From: Infirmifilum sp.
GTDB taxonomy: Archaea; Thermoproteota; Thermoprotei; Thermofilales; Thermofilaceae
Reading direction: 5' to 3'
Assembly: GCA_041287245.1 (NCBI GenBank)
Contig: JBEULP010000117.1
Location: forward strand, 256,001-320,000
Length of the DNA stretch: 64,000 nucleotides
Of the stretch, positions 9,862 through 19,883 are shown piece by piece. Under the pieces are notes generated by a model. It saw only the letters and a program-made list of their open reading frames with translations. It was not told the origin of the DNA and ran no database searches. Position 1 is the stretch's first letter, and every line of letters begins with the position of its first letter. The translations under genes were made by a program, and so were the position numbers.

Positions 9862-10935
9862 CTAGACCCTAAGTATGTTATAGCCAGCGGCTTTTCTCAA
9901 CCGGTTCATTATCGTGAGACCCAACCCTCTCTCCTCGAACCCCTCTGCAATAATGTAATTGACAGAGCACTGATCCAAATACCTTAGAGCTCTGAAGAGG
10001 TTTTTAGCTACAACAAACAAGTTTTTCCTAGACCCTAAGCTTACCACAACGCCAAGCCCCTCATACTCCTTAGCCGTCTCGTCACTGCATAGTATTCCAA
10101 TACGAAGACCCCCTGAGGCTTTCTCCCGGGCAATTTCCCGCACTTTAAGCACTAGCCTTGAAAGATCATCATATCTCTCAGACTCGACGAGAATCATCTC
10201 TGCCCTAGGTGCGTAGTGCCTGTACCTGGTGCCCGGTGCAACAGCATGGCTTGCCTCACCAAGCCCCCGAGCAAACTCTGGGACAATTACTTTCACGCCT
10301 AGTGTTTCCTCTATTTGCTCGAGTGGAACAGCACCGGGCCTTAGAAGAACGGGGGGCCAAACCGTAATATCCAGGATTGTTGACTCGACCCCGTGTATAG
10401 TCTCTCCGGCATCTAATATCAAGTCTATTTCACCGTCAAAATCCTCGAAAACATGTTGGGCTGAAGTGGGGGAGGGTCTCCCAGACTTGTTTGCACTAGG
10501 CGCAGCTATAGGCTTTCCAAGCTCCTCTATTAAGCGAATAGCCACTGGGTGTGCCGGGATCCTGACTGCCACCTTAGGGAGCCTTGCGGTGATCTCCTCT
10601 AGAACATCTCTCCCCTTAGGCAAGATTAATGTAAGAGGACCAGGCCAAAACTTTTCTGCGAGTTTGAAAGCAATGGGGGGAGGGTTATCTGATACCTGTA
10701 GAAGCCACTCCTCAGAAACTATGTGAAGGATCAAGGGGTTGTCCGGGGGCCTTCCTTTAACCTTAAAGATCCTCAAAATCGCCTCCCTGTTGTCATAGGC
10801 TGCTCCAAGCCCGTAGACCGTTTCTGTTGGAAATGCGACTAGGCCGCCTCGAGCCAGTATCTCTGCTGCTTTTCTTATTTTATCAAAGTCCGGTCTTGCC
10901 GGGTCTACTTTAATTATGATAGGTTTCATTTTCAC
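9862..10935 (-). CDS. sua5: L-threonylcarbamoyladenylate synthase Sua5
   Basis: FPTETVYGL, KGRPPDNPLILH, APSANKSG, PGTRYRHYAP linker, SUA5 C-domain. Confidence 0.97.
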   Translation of the reverse strand: MKMKPIIIKVDPARPDFDKIRKAAEILARGGLVAFPTETVYGLGAAYDNREAILRIFKVKGRPPDNPLILHIVSEEWLLQVSDNPPPIAFKLAEKFWPGPLTLILPKGRDVLEEITARLPKVAVRIPAHPVAIRLIEELGKPIAAPSANKSGRPSPTSAQHVFEDFDGEIDLILDAGETIHGVESTILDITVWPPVLLRPGAVPLEQIEETLGVKVIVPEFARGLGEASHAVAPGTRYRHYAPRAEMILVESERYDDLSRLVLKVREIAREKASGGLRIGILCSDETAKEYEGLGVVVSLGSRKNLFVVAKNLFRALRYLDQCSVNYIIAEGFEERGLGLTIMNRLRKAAGYNILRV

Positions 10936-11109
10936 AATGCTTGCTTAATCTCTTCTTATTATATTCTTCTGGAACACCCGTTTAAGACTTTTCCAGTAAA
11001 CAAGTTAGTGGACTATTTTATAGGCTCTTTTATACGTAGACGGATCAAGTCTTGCTTTACACATCAAATTCGTTGAAAGTCGAATTTTTTAATAACAATC
11101 GTTATATAC

Positions 11110-11829
11110 ATGTTAGCCAAACTATGGACGATGATACAGGTAAACGAGATCATATATGCAGTGCTCCTCTTCGCATGGGTAATGTTTGTCGTTAGCATAA
11201 TAGCAAAGCTAACTTATGAGTTTTTCACAAAGAAAGGGGAAAGCCATAAGGTTGCCATTTATTACGCGAGAAAGGTAATCCACATCCTAGCAGGAGGTGT
11301 TGTAGCGCTCCTTATAGCTTTGTACCCATTATTCTCAACGCCGATCTTGCCATTCGCTCTGGGCCTTGTCCTTGCCCTTCTTACCTACTTACCTCATAAG
11401 ACGGGAAAACTGATGTACTGGTTCCAGGATCCTGAAAACATCTACGAAGTGGATTTTTGCATAATGTGGGCTATTTTCATAACTCTCGGGTGGTTCGCAG
11501 GGATACAGCTTGGATATAAAAACCCATTTCTTTTCGGAGCTCTCCCGCTTCTTTTCATGGCTGTTGGTGACGGCGTGACAGGAATCGTGCGAAATGCTTT
11601 GTTTAAAAGGAGGATAAAACACTGGAGCGGGAATCTCGCGATGTTTATAGTGAGTGCAGCGATGGCTATAGTTCTAGGATTCGGGATTTCAGGTATTCTT
11701 TCAGCTCTGGCGGCCAGTTTTGTGGAGAGGATTGAGTATCTTGGGAGCATAAAGCTTGACGACAATATTACAGTTCCTATAATATCCTTCTTAACACTTT
11801 ATTTGATACAGTTCACAGGAATATTCTGA
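11110..11829 (+). CDS. Dolichol/phytol-kinase-like CTP-dependent membrane kinase
   Basis: RKVIHI, GDGVTG, DDNITVP motifs; multi-TM. Confidence 0.75.
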   Translation: MLAKLWTMIQVNEIIYAVLLFAWVMFVVSIIAKLTYEFFTKKGESHKVAIYYARKVIHILAGGVVALLIALYPLFSTPILPFALGLVLALLTYLPHKTGKLMYWFQDPENIYEVDFCIMWAIFITLGWFAGIQLGYKNPFLFGALPLLFMAVGDGVTGIVRNALFKRRIKHWSGNLAMFIVSAAMAIVLGFGISGILSALAASFVERIEYLGSIKLDDNITVPIISFLTLYLIQFTGIF

Positions 11830-11972
11830 CGGCAAGCATCTTTACAGTATTTTTTAACTTAGGTTTAGGCATAGAAGAAATCTAAATTCTTAAACCAAAA
11901 TAGTTAGATTACCAAACCGTAAGATTTATAATTCACTATTTTGAATATACTAACGCTAAAAAGGTGGTTAGA

Positions 11973-12632
11973 ATGTCAGAAGGACGAATCCCTCTCTTAG
12001 GAGAAAAAATACCTGCACTGGAAGTAAAAACAACGCACGGCAAATTTATTCTCCCCGACGATTTTAAGGGCAAATGGGTTGTGCTTTTCAGCCACCCAGC
12101 TGACTTTACTCCTGTGTGCACTACAGAGTTTGTAGCATTCCAAAAAAGATTTGAGGAGTTCCAGAAACTAAACGTGCAGCTGATTGGCCTCAGCATTGAC
12201 CAAGTATTCAGCCACATAAAGTGGGTTGAGTGGATCAGGGAGAAGCTTGGTGTTGAAATAAAGTTTCCAATAATTGCTGACGACACGGGCGAGATAGCTA
12301 AAAAGCTCGGTATGATTCATGCTGCTAAGGGAACAAACACAGTTAGAGCTGTCTTCATAATTGATCCTAACGGCATACTGAGGGCTATTCTGTACTATCC
12401 ACAGGAACTGGGTAGAAACATAGATGAGATCATAAGAATGATAAAAGGACTACAGACCTCAGATAAATATGGCGTCGCGATTCCTGCTAACTGGCCCAAC
12501 AACGAGCTTGTTGGAGACCATGTGATTATATCTCCAGCGTCGGACGAGAAGACGGCGAAGGAACGGCTCGAGAAGGCGGCTAAGAAAGAGATCGAGTGCT
12601 ACGACTGGTGGTTCTGCCACAAGAAAATTTAA
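11973..12632 (+). CDS. Peroxiredoxin (archaeal Prx6-type)
   Basis: [13 protein letters not shown]-terminal CYDWWFC; ATG 11973 after GGTGG SD. Confidence 0.95.
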   Translation: MSEGRIPLLGEKIPALEVKTTHGKFILPDDFKGKWVVLFSHPADFTPVCTTEFVAFQKRFEEFQKLNVQLIGLSIDQVFSHIKWVEWIREKLGVEIKFPIIADDTGEIAKKLGMIHAAKGTNTVRAVFIIDPNGILRAILYYPQELGRNIDEIIRMIKGLQTSDKYGVAIPANWPNNELVGDHVIISPASDEKTAKERLEKAAKKEIECYDWWFCHKKI

Positions 12633-12660
12633 GATTTTTTTTGAAATATTTGTTTTTACT
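12633..12660 (+). terminator. Oligo-T tract after peroxiredoxin (archaeal terminator candidate)
   Basis: T8 run and further T runs directly after stop. Confidence 0.45.
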
Positions 12661-12713
12661 TTCACTTTATTCTCCTCGATTAATTTATATTCAACGTTCT
12701 ATTCTCATTTTTC

Positions 12714-14048
12714 GTGCCTGAATTCTCGGATTTGCTCTTAGAAGAAGTAAAAAATAAAAAAAGCGAAATTGAGCGGGTTCTCGCCGGTGGGGATTCAATC
12801 TTCAAGGAGTATGCAGAGCTTGTGAGTAAGAAGTGGAACCCGCTTCCAGCGCCAACCGTTGTACCCCGAAACATTTATGCTGTTGATAGTAGTAGCGGGG
12901 TAATCGAGCTTCGAGCAGGAGGCGTTCTCCTTGTTCTACGGAGTCTCGCTTTCTCAACACCACTGTCAACGCATAGAAAGCTTGGTGTTGAAGCTTTCTA
13001 TCCTCACAGCATACGCGACTTTGAAGAATACGTGAGGTTGGCTCGGGAGCACTACGAGCACAATGTCGCTTTAGACGCTTTAAACGAAAACCCTTCTTTT
13101 ATATTGCTTGACGGCTCCCTTTACGGAAGAATGATACATGTTCTGCGGGAGCTTGACCTTGAGGAGAGGGAGGATTTCCTCTTTGAGTACGTAAAAACTT
13201 ACAGTCAGTTTCTCAGGAAAGCCCTTGAGAATAAAGTGACAGTAATCGGGGTCAGCAAGGATTCAAGATCCACAATTTTCAAGGAGGAGTTACTGAAGGA
13301 GCAAGTGTTGCAGGAAGCCAGTAGGTTTGGGGCAGATACATCTGAATTGGCCGGGTTGTGGGGGAGTTTACGCCGGCGACCACGTGAGACAATAGAGAGT
13401 GTTAGACAAAAAGTACGGTCCGGCGAGCTCCCGGAAAGGATCTTAGAGTATTTTCTCCAGGCTAGGTCTCACATTCCTGATTCTAAAATCATCCTTCTTT
13501 CCGGGGTGGAGGAGGGATTCTCGACTCCTATCTTGTTGACTCTCTCTAAGATAATTGCTGGGCAATTTGACTTGGTGCTCAGTGAGGATGCTACCATGCA
13601 GATCCATAAATTGTCGAAGGTTTTTTCCAAAAGCTATGATGCTGACCCTGAGGAGTTTGAGGCGAGGGCTAGGGAGCTTATAGGGAACCTGAGAAGCTAT
13701 CCCCCGGTCGCGGTCTTCTATACTCTCTTGGGGCCGAATGATGACCCTATCAGAGTAGATGTCGTGAGCCATGAGCTTCAAGAGTTTTTGTTTTTAAAGG
13801 ATAGGCCGAGCCTTGAGTCTTTGCTTTTCATGCCCTCCATCATGGAAAAGGAAATGATCCCAATGACACTTTCTTTACTTCAAAGTCTCTATGCTGGGTA
13901 TAGAGGGTATAACGTGTTACTGCTCGAGGCGGATCGTAGGGTTAAAATCACTGTAGATACTTTGGAAACTTATAGGAAAATCATTATGAGGGAGCTTGAA
14001 CTTTTAGTTTTACATTCGAGGGGTGAGAGGCGTGTCCACTATCCTTAA
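12714..14048 (+). CDS. nurA: NurA-family 5'-3' nuclease
   Basis: YAVDSS, LLDGSL, GVSKDSRS, GYNVLLLEAD motifs; context. Confidence 0.88.
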   Translation: MPEFSDLLLEEVKNKKSEIERVLAGGDSIFKEYAELVSKKWNPLPAPTVVPRNIYAVDSSSGVIELRAGGVLLVLRSLAFSTPLSTHRKLGVEAFYPHSIRDFEEYVRLAREHYEHNVALDALNENPSFILLDGSLYGRMIHVLRELDLEEREDFLFEYVKTYSQFLRKALENKVTVIGVSKDSRSTIFKEELLKEQVLQEASRFGADTSELAGLWGSLRRRPRETIESVRQKVRSGELPERILEYFLQARSHIPDSKIILLSGVEEGFSTPILLTLSKIIAGQFDLVLSEDATMQIHKLSKVFSKSYDADPEEFEARARELIGNLRSYPPVAVFYTLLGPNDDPIRVDVVSHELQEFLFLKDRPSLESLLFMPSIMEKEMIPMTLSLLQSLYAGYRGYNVLLLEADRRVKITVDTLETYRKIIMRELELLVLHSRGERRVHYP

Positions 14049-15642
14049 ACCGATAGGTAGGATAGTCGAGAAGGCGACTCCGGAAAGTTTTGTCTTCGTG
14101 ACCAGCCGCGATGAACATCCTCAAAAATTCGAGTATGTGGTGGTTAAATCGAAAGAGTATGTAAACGGTGTTCTGCGGGAGGTTGATGTACTAGCCCAGG
14201 TCGTAGGTGTTGTTTCATCAAGTTCTGCCTTTAGCTCCGAATATGATTACGGCACGTTGGAGAGGGTTTATAGGGCTGGAATAGATGACTCGAACATTCT
14301 CTGCGAAGCTAGAACTCTCGGCTACCTCTTAGAGGAGAACGGGCGAATCACGGTTCTTTCACCACGTAGGGCACTTTTCCCGGGAAACACTGTTTACCTA
14401 GCCCCAGACCAGCTAGTTAGGGATTTTTTCTCTTATAACCCTGACGAAGGAATCCACATAGGCTTTTTGGTCTCAAGGCCTAATGTCCCTGTTTTCCTCA
14501 CGGTAAACGGCTTTAGAAGGCACGTGGCTGTGATTGCTCAGACAGGAGCTGGAAAATCTTACACCGTGGGTGTCATACTTGAAGAGCTTCTGCGCCTCGG
14601 AGGCACGGTTATTGTAATAGACCCTCACGCAGACTATGTTTTTCTCAGTAGGACGCGTGATATGAGAAGACATGATTTCTCCGACAGGATCCTTGTCTTT
14701 CGAAATCCAAATAGTACGGGGCGTTATTCGAGAGAACAGCTTGATAATGTCCACGAGCTTGTCTTCAGATTTTCAGAGCTTAGGGGCGATGATATTGCAA
14801 GAATAGCAGGGATTCCCGAAAAGTGGACAAACGTTAGGGGAGTCATTATTAAAGCTGTTAAGAATCTCCGAGCTAAGAATCCTGATTATAGGGCTTACGA
14901 CCTGATAAAAGAACTGGAAAACATGGCGGAAAGTGGCGAGAAGAAGTATCGTTTAGCGGCGCAGAGCGCAGTTAACCATCTGCGAAGAATCCTGAACTAC
15001 AGTGTATTCGGGGATAGGACAACTCCACTTAAAGATGAAATACTGAAACCTGGATATGTGTCAATCCTTGACCTTTCAGGGTTAAATGACTCGAGCCAAG
15101 ACTACATAGTTAGCAGGGTTCTCGAGGAGCTGTTCTCACTGAAATACGGGATGGAGTTCCCATACCCGGTCTTCGTGGTTATAGAGGAGGCTCACAGGTT
15201 TATCCCAAGCCAGAAACTTAGAAGGAGGACGATGTCCTCAGACATAATAAAGACAATCACAGCAGAGGGGAGAAAGTTTGGCGTTTTCTTGATACTGGTA
15301 ACTCAGAGGCCCAGTAAGATTGATTCTGACGCGTTAAGCCAGTGTAATAGCCAGATAATTTTACGTGTAACTAATCCCTTGGATCAAATAGCCGTTCAGG
15401 AGGCAAGCGAGAGGCTAGGTAAGGAGATGATGAGTGATCTCCCGGGTCTAAACGTGGGAGAGGCTGTAATAGTCGGTGAGCTTACACGCGTTCCAGTGAT
15501 CGTAAAGGTGCGCGAAAGGAGAACACGGGAAGGGGGTGCTGACATAGACCTTGTAGAAGAGTTACGGAAGACGCGTGAGGAGTTTATGCTTTCAGCATCG
15601 AAGACCCCGCCACCCTCTAAGGGCGTGTTTTCAGAGGTGTAG
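14023..15642 (+). CDS. herA: HerA DNA translocase/ATPase
   Basis: N-terminal HAS-barrel-like region, AQTGAGKS, VVIEEAH, EGRKFG, TQRPS; start may be GTG 14032. Confidence 0.92.
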   Translation: MRGVSTILKPIGRIVEKATPESFVFVTSRDEHPQKFEYVVVKSKEYVNGVLREVDVLAQVVGVVSSSSAFSSEYDYGTLERVYRAGIDDSNILCEARTLGYLLEENGRITVLSPRRALFPGNTVYLAPDQLVRDFFSYNPDEGIHIGFLVSRPNVPVFLTVNGFRRHVAVIAQTGAGKSYTVGVILEELLRLGGTVIVIDPHADYVFLSRTRDMRRHDFSDRILVFRNPNSTGRYSREQLDNVHELVFRFSELRGDDIARIAGIPEKWTNVRGVIIKAVKNLRAKNPDYRAYDLIKELENMAESGEKKYRLAAQSAVNHLRRILNYSVFGDRTTPLKDEILKPGYVSILDLSGLNDSSQDYIVSRVLEELFSLKYGMEFPYPVFVVIEEAHRFIPSQKLRRRTMSSDIIKTITAEGRKFGVFLILVTQRPSKIDSDALSQCNSQIILRVTNPLDQIAVQEASERLGKEMMSDLPGLNVGEAVIVGELTRVPVIVKVRERRTREGGADIDLVEELRKTREEFMLSASKTPPPSKGVFSEV

Positions 15643-15648
15643 AAACTG

Positions 15649-16815
15649 ATGGTTTTGAAAATAGTCCACACGGCTGATAATCACCTGGATCCAAAGCTCG
15701 GTTATCTGGGTTCAAAGGTTCAGGAGAGGAGGCAGGACTTCTACAAGTCGTTTCTTAGAGTTGTTGAGTATGTACTGGAGGTTAAACCTGATATTCTTCT
15801 AATCTCGGGGGATTTGTTTGACTCGATAAACCCGAGAAACCCAGTAAGGACGAATGTCCTGAAAGCCTTTCGGAGGATCTCCTCCGAAGGAGTTAGGATC
15901 TTCTTAATAGGAGGTAATCATGACATGCCGCGTTCTCAGGAGGAAGGCATGTCACCCCTCGGTGAGGTAGAGGCATCGGGTTACGCAACTTTTCTCTCAG
16001 ACCCGGCTGTCTTCCAGGTGGAGCACTTGAAGTTAGAGGGGTTTGATGTGGCGGTAGCAGGGCTCTCCTTTGACCCCACACTTGATACAAACGTAAACCC
16101 CCTGCGCGCTCGGAACCTCAGGATACCTATTGAGGGAGATATTAACATTGCGATGCTCCACTACAATTTTGCTGGATTTAGAATACCTCCCAGCTGGGCT
16201 GCGCCAACAATTACGCCTGAAGATATTCCCCCGGGGCTTCATTACCTGGCTTTGGGTCACCTGCACCAGTTCACGCACACTACCGTGAAGGGTGCTCACG
16301 TTGTATATCCCGGCAGTACTGAGCGTAGAAGCTTTAACGAGGAGAGCGACGAGAAGAAAGGCTTCGTCCACGCTGAAATCGACGGCTCGGGGGTCGTTCA
16401 TCTTAAGTTTATTGAGACTCCAACCCGCCCCATGAAAAGCTTCGAGCTGAGTTTGGATGATAAGATAGAAGACCCGATAGCCCATGTTGTGAGTTCAATT
16501 CCTTTTATAGACCCTAAAGCTCAAGTCAGAGTAAAGCTTAGGGGCTCCCTACCTCTTGAAAAGATCCGTCTATATAGTAAGGCTGAACTTGTAAAGAGGC
16601 TGGAAAATCGATTTTTCCACGTTACCATAGATGATTCGGAACTAAAATGTATCCTCCGGGAAGTTAGGATCTCAGGCGAAATAAGCTCCCCCCTGGACTC
16701 CTATAGGTCTTATTTCGAGGAAGCTCTTAAGAACGCCGTGGGAGAGGAAGCAGAAACCCTAAGGCTAGCGTTAGAGCTCGGAATGGCTGTCTTGCAGGAG
16801 GTGGGGGCATGGTAG
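15649..16815 (+). CDS. mre11: Mre11/SbcD-family nuclease
   Basis: HTADNHL, GDLFD, GNHD, LGHLH, YPGSTER. Confidence 0.93.
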   Translation: MVLKIVHTADNHLDPKLGYLGSKVQERRQDFYKSFLRVVEYVLEVKPDILLISGDLFDSINPRNPVRTNVLKAFRRISSEGVRIFLIGGNHDMPRSQEEGMSPLGEVEASGYATFLSDPAVFQVEHLKLEGFDVAVAGLSFDPTLDTNVNPLRARNLRIPIEGDINIAMLHYNFAGFRIPPSWAAPTITPEDIPPGLHYLALGHLHQFTHTTVKGAHVVYPGSTERRSFNEESDEKKGFVHAEIDGSGVVHLKFIETPTRPMKSFELSLDDKIEDPIAHVVSSIPFIDPKAQVRVKLRGSLPLEKIRLYSKAELVKRLENRFFHVTIDDSELKCILREVRISGEISSPLDSYRSYFEEALKNAVGEEAETLRLALELGMAVLQEVGAW

Positions 16816-19337
16816 TCATAAGAAGCCTTAAGGCGATAAACTTCAGGAGGCTAAACATCCCCGAGCCTCTCAACCTAGATAAGGGTATTTTCATTATCAG
16901 GGGTAGGAACGAGGCGGGAAAATCAACCTTTATAGAAGCAATCCTTTTCGGGCTCTACGGGGATCATCAAGTAATAGGGGATCTGCGAGGAAACCCCAGG
17001 CGAGGTTATGCTGAGGTCGTCAACCACAGGTCCCGTAAAGCCCTAGTGGAGGTTGAGTTCGAGGTAGACAATAGGAGGTACCGCGTGGCTCGAGAGCTGA
17101 TCAGGGATGGAGACTCGATAAAACAGGTTAATGCGAGGCTTGTTGAAATAACCGAGGGTTCTGAGAGGTTACTAGCAACAGGTGTCAAGCCTGTTAACGA
17201 CGAGGTGCATCGTATACTTAAGGTTTCATGGAAGGAGATGCTTACCACTAACATTGTTGCCCAAAAGGATCTGGAGCGCATTATTCATCTGAATAAGGGA
17301 GATAGGGAACAGATAATTAATCTCATGATGGGTCTAGAGAGCTACAACAGGGCTATTTCTAGCCTCGAAGATAGGAGAAGAGAGGCGAATAGAAAGAAGG
17401 AAGGACTGGCCGAGTTGTATGAAGAAAAAAGGAAAAGGGTAGAAGAGTTGAAACTTAAATTGGATGAACTCCCTGGATTACGTAGTGAACTTCAAAAGAT
17501 CGAGGAACAGCTTCCCGGACTCAGGGTTCGAGAGGAGCTTCTTAAGAAGGCCCTAGACTATCTCACAGCCCTCAGACAAGTGTTATTGAAGAAGAAAGAG
17601 TTGGAGCACCAGGAAGCCTCTCTCGAGGATCGTATTGTAGAAAAACAGGGTCAGCTCTCAGAGACTCAAAAACGCATTAATACGAACCTGAAGAGCTTAA
17701 GGGATATCGAATTGCTTTTGCCTCAGCTACTTGATAAAGATGGACATCTTAGGCAAGAATTACAGAAACTACGAGAGGAATATGACGCTAGAAGCCGACT
17801 TTTCAGCGATATTCAATCCTATAATGAGTATCGCACTAAGGAGTTGAAGAGGATTGAAGAGCTAGACCGTGAAATAAGGACAATAGAAGAGGAAGTCAGA
17901 CATCTGGAACAAAGCAAGGAGGAGATTACTCTACTCGAGAAAGAGAAATCAGCGCTTAAACAAGAGATTTCTACGCTGAAAATACCTTCATGGTCGAAGC
18001 TCGGCTTTCCTGCCCTTGGCGCCGGCGTTCTTGCCCTCCTTCTCATGCCTCAGACGGTCATTGTACCTATTGGCTTTCTTCTTGTAGGAGGGCTTCTCCT
18101 TTACCTTGGCTATAGAAAGAAAATAATGACGCAACAGGCGCTTCTAGCGAGAGCCAGCGCTGTCGAGGTTGAAATAAGCTCTAAGGCTGCTCTTGTCTCC
18201 AGATTAGACCGAGAAAAGAAAAGACTGGAGGATCTTGTAGCAGAAAAGGCAGAGCTTGAGAAGCACGTTAAGGATATCGAGGATAAAATAAGAGGGCTAG
18301 GTGGAAGAGAGTCTACGCTTCCCATAGAAGAAGCCCTTAATCTCTTAAAAAGGGAGTTAGAAAGGCAAAGGGAACAGATTGAGAGACTGGAAGGTGAAGA
18401 AAAAACGGTTCAGGCTAATATAGAGGTTTATTTAAAGGAGCAGAAAAGGCTCAAGGAGGAAACTGAGCAGTTACAGAAGAAGCTCTTGGAGATACAGCAA
18501 CAACTAAAGGAGCTGGAGGAGCGAAAAAGAAAGGTGGTCAGCGAGCTAAACGAGATTAAGATCCCCCCGCCGCCCTCCGAATTAAAGGCGAATGTTGAGT
18601 ATGTTGAGATTGCGTCAGAAGAGCAGGATTCCGAGTTGGTTGACCAGATATACGAGAAGCTTAACTGGGAGTACCATGATATTTCAGTTAAAAGAGCGGG
18701 ACTAGAGAAGGAAATAGGAAACCTCAGGAAGCGTATCGAGGAGACTGAGCTGCTTAGGCCCCAGCTAGAGCAGCTGCAAGGCGAGCTTGAAAAACTCGGT
18801 GGGGAATTGGCGGGATTAGAGAAGGAGTTAAAGGCTATAGATAAAGCCATCCGGGCTATGCAGGAGATCTCCCGTAAGAGACGCGAAGCCTTTGCGCCCA
18901 GTGTTGAGCAATATATAAGCTGGGTGATAGGCTATTTCACCAATGGTAGATACAAGGCAGTTAGGCTGCAACCTGACACGTATGACCTCGAGGTGTATGA
19001 TTCGGAAGCAGGTAGATGGCTCGTAAGAGATATATATTCCGGGGGGACTAATGATCAATTCCTCTTAGCCCTGAGAATCGCATTTACCTTGGCGCTCTTA
19101 CCTAGTGCGAAGGGCTCATATCCGAAGTTTCTCGTCCTGGACGAGCCTTTAGGTTCGTCTGACGCCGAGAGGCGAGAGAGGATAATAAGTTTCTTTACGG
19201 GCGAGCTTGTCAGGTTTTTCGACCAGGTTTTCCTTATAACTCACGTTGAGATAGAGGAGCCTCCCGGCGTTACAATTATTCAAATAGAAGACGGGAAGGT
19301 TGTCGGGGTTCACAGGTCTGTTCCAGAGGAATCATAG
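16809..19337 (+). CDS. rad50: Rad50/SbcC-like SMC ATPase with hydrophobic hairpin in place of zinc hook
   Basis: Walker A GRNEAGKST, signature YSGG, Walker B LVLDEP, ITH; long coiled coils; no Cys; hydrophobic aa ~395-435. Confidence 0.88.
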   Translation: MVVIRSLKAINFRRLNIPEPLNLDKGIFIIRGRNEAGKSTFIEAILFGLYGDHQVIGDLRGNPRRGYAEVVNHRSRKALVEVEFEVDNRRYRVARELIRDGDSIKQVNARLVEITEGSERLLATGVKPVNDEVHRILKVSWKEMLTTNIVAQKDLERIIHLNKGDREQIINLMMGLESYNRAISSLEDRRREANRKKEGLAELYEEKRKRVEELKLKLDELPGLRSELQKIEEQLPGLRVREELLKKALDYLTALRQVLLKKKELEHQEASLEDRIVEKQGQLSETQKRINTNLKSLRDIELLLPQLLDKDGHLRQELQKLREEYDARSRLFSDIQSYNEYRTKELKRIEELDREIRTIEEEVRHLEQSKEEITLLEKEKSALKQEISTLKIPSWSKLGFPALGAGVLALLLMPQTVIVPIGFLLVGGLLLYLGYRKKIMTQQALLARASAVEVEISSKAALVSRLDREKKRLEDLVAEKAELEKHVKDIEDKIRGLGGRESTLPIEEALNLLKRELERQREQIERLEGEEKTVQANIEVYLKEQKRLKEETEQLQKKLLEIQQQLKELEERKRKVVSELNEIKIPPPPSELKANVEYVEIASEEQDSELVDQIYEKLNWEYHDISVKRAGLEKEIGNLRKRIEETELLRPQLEQLQGELEKLGGELAGLEKELKAIDKAIRAMQEISRKRREAFAPSVEQYISWVIGYFTNGRYKAVRLQPDTYDLEVYDSEAGRWLVRDIYSGGTNDQFLLALRIAFTLALLPSAKGSYPKFLVLDEPLGSSDAERRERIISFFTGELVRFFDQVFLITHVEIEEPPGVTIIQIEDGKVVGVHRSVPEES

Positions 19338-19433
19338 GAAGATTTGATGAAGAACATATATGGCGTTATTCTGGAATCCCTTTTTTTCTCTTGGAGTAAA
19401 TTAAATAACATAGAGTATTTTCTCTCTAAATGT

Positions 19434-19883
19434 ATGAAGGTGGGGTTAGGATCTGACGACCTGTACCCCCTAGCGCTGTTTCTAGCTAAAGAGCTCGAGA
19501 AAAGAGGATTCGAAGTAGTTAAGGTCGGGGCTCTGGCAAAAGGCGCTCCATACCCCTGGCCAAGGGTTGGGTTGGAGGTAGGGAAGCTCGTAGCAGACGG
19601 GGTTGTTGATACTGGAATAGTAATCTGTTACACAGGAACCGGGGTGAGCATCGCAGCGAATAAGGTTAGGGGTGTGAGGGCTGCTCTGTGCCTGGACGCG
19701 AAAACAGCGAGGGGGGCTAGGCTTTGGAATGACGCCAATGTACTTGCCCTCAGTGCAAGGCTAGTTTCCGAAGAGCTAGCAAAGGAGATTCTTGATGAGT
19801 GGTTTAATACAAGGGAGATAGATCCCTCGGAGGTGGAGAATATAAACCTTCTCAAGAAAATGGATAGTGAGGGGAGTGTCTAG
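19434..19883 (+). CDS. RpiB/LacA/LacB-family sugar-phosphate isomerase
   Basis: GSDD, CYTGTGVSIAANKVRGVRAA, NDANVL; ATG 19434 about 27 nt after TTAAATA. Confidence 0.9.
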   Translation: MKVGLGSDDLYPLALFLAKELEKRGFEVVKVGALAKGAPYPWPRVGLEVGKLVADGVVDTGIVICYTGTGVSIAANKVRGVRAALCLDAKTARGARLWNDANVLALSARLVSEELAKEILDEWFNTREIDPSEVENINLLKKMDSEGSV

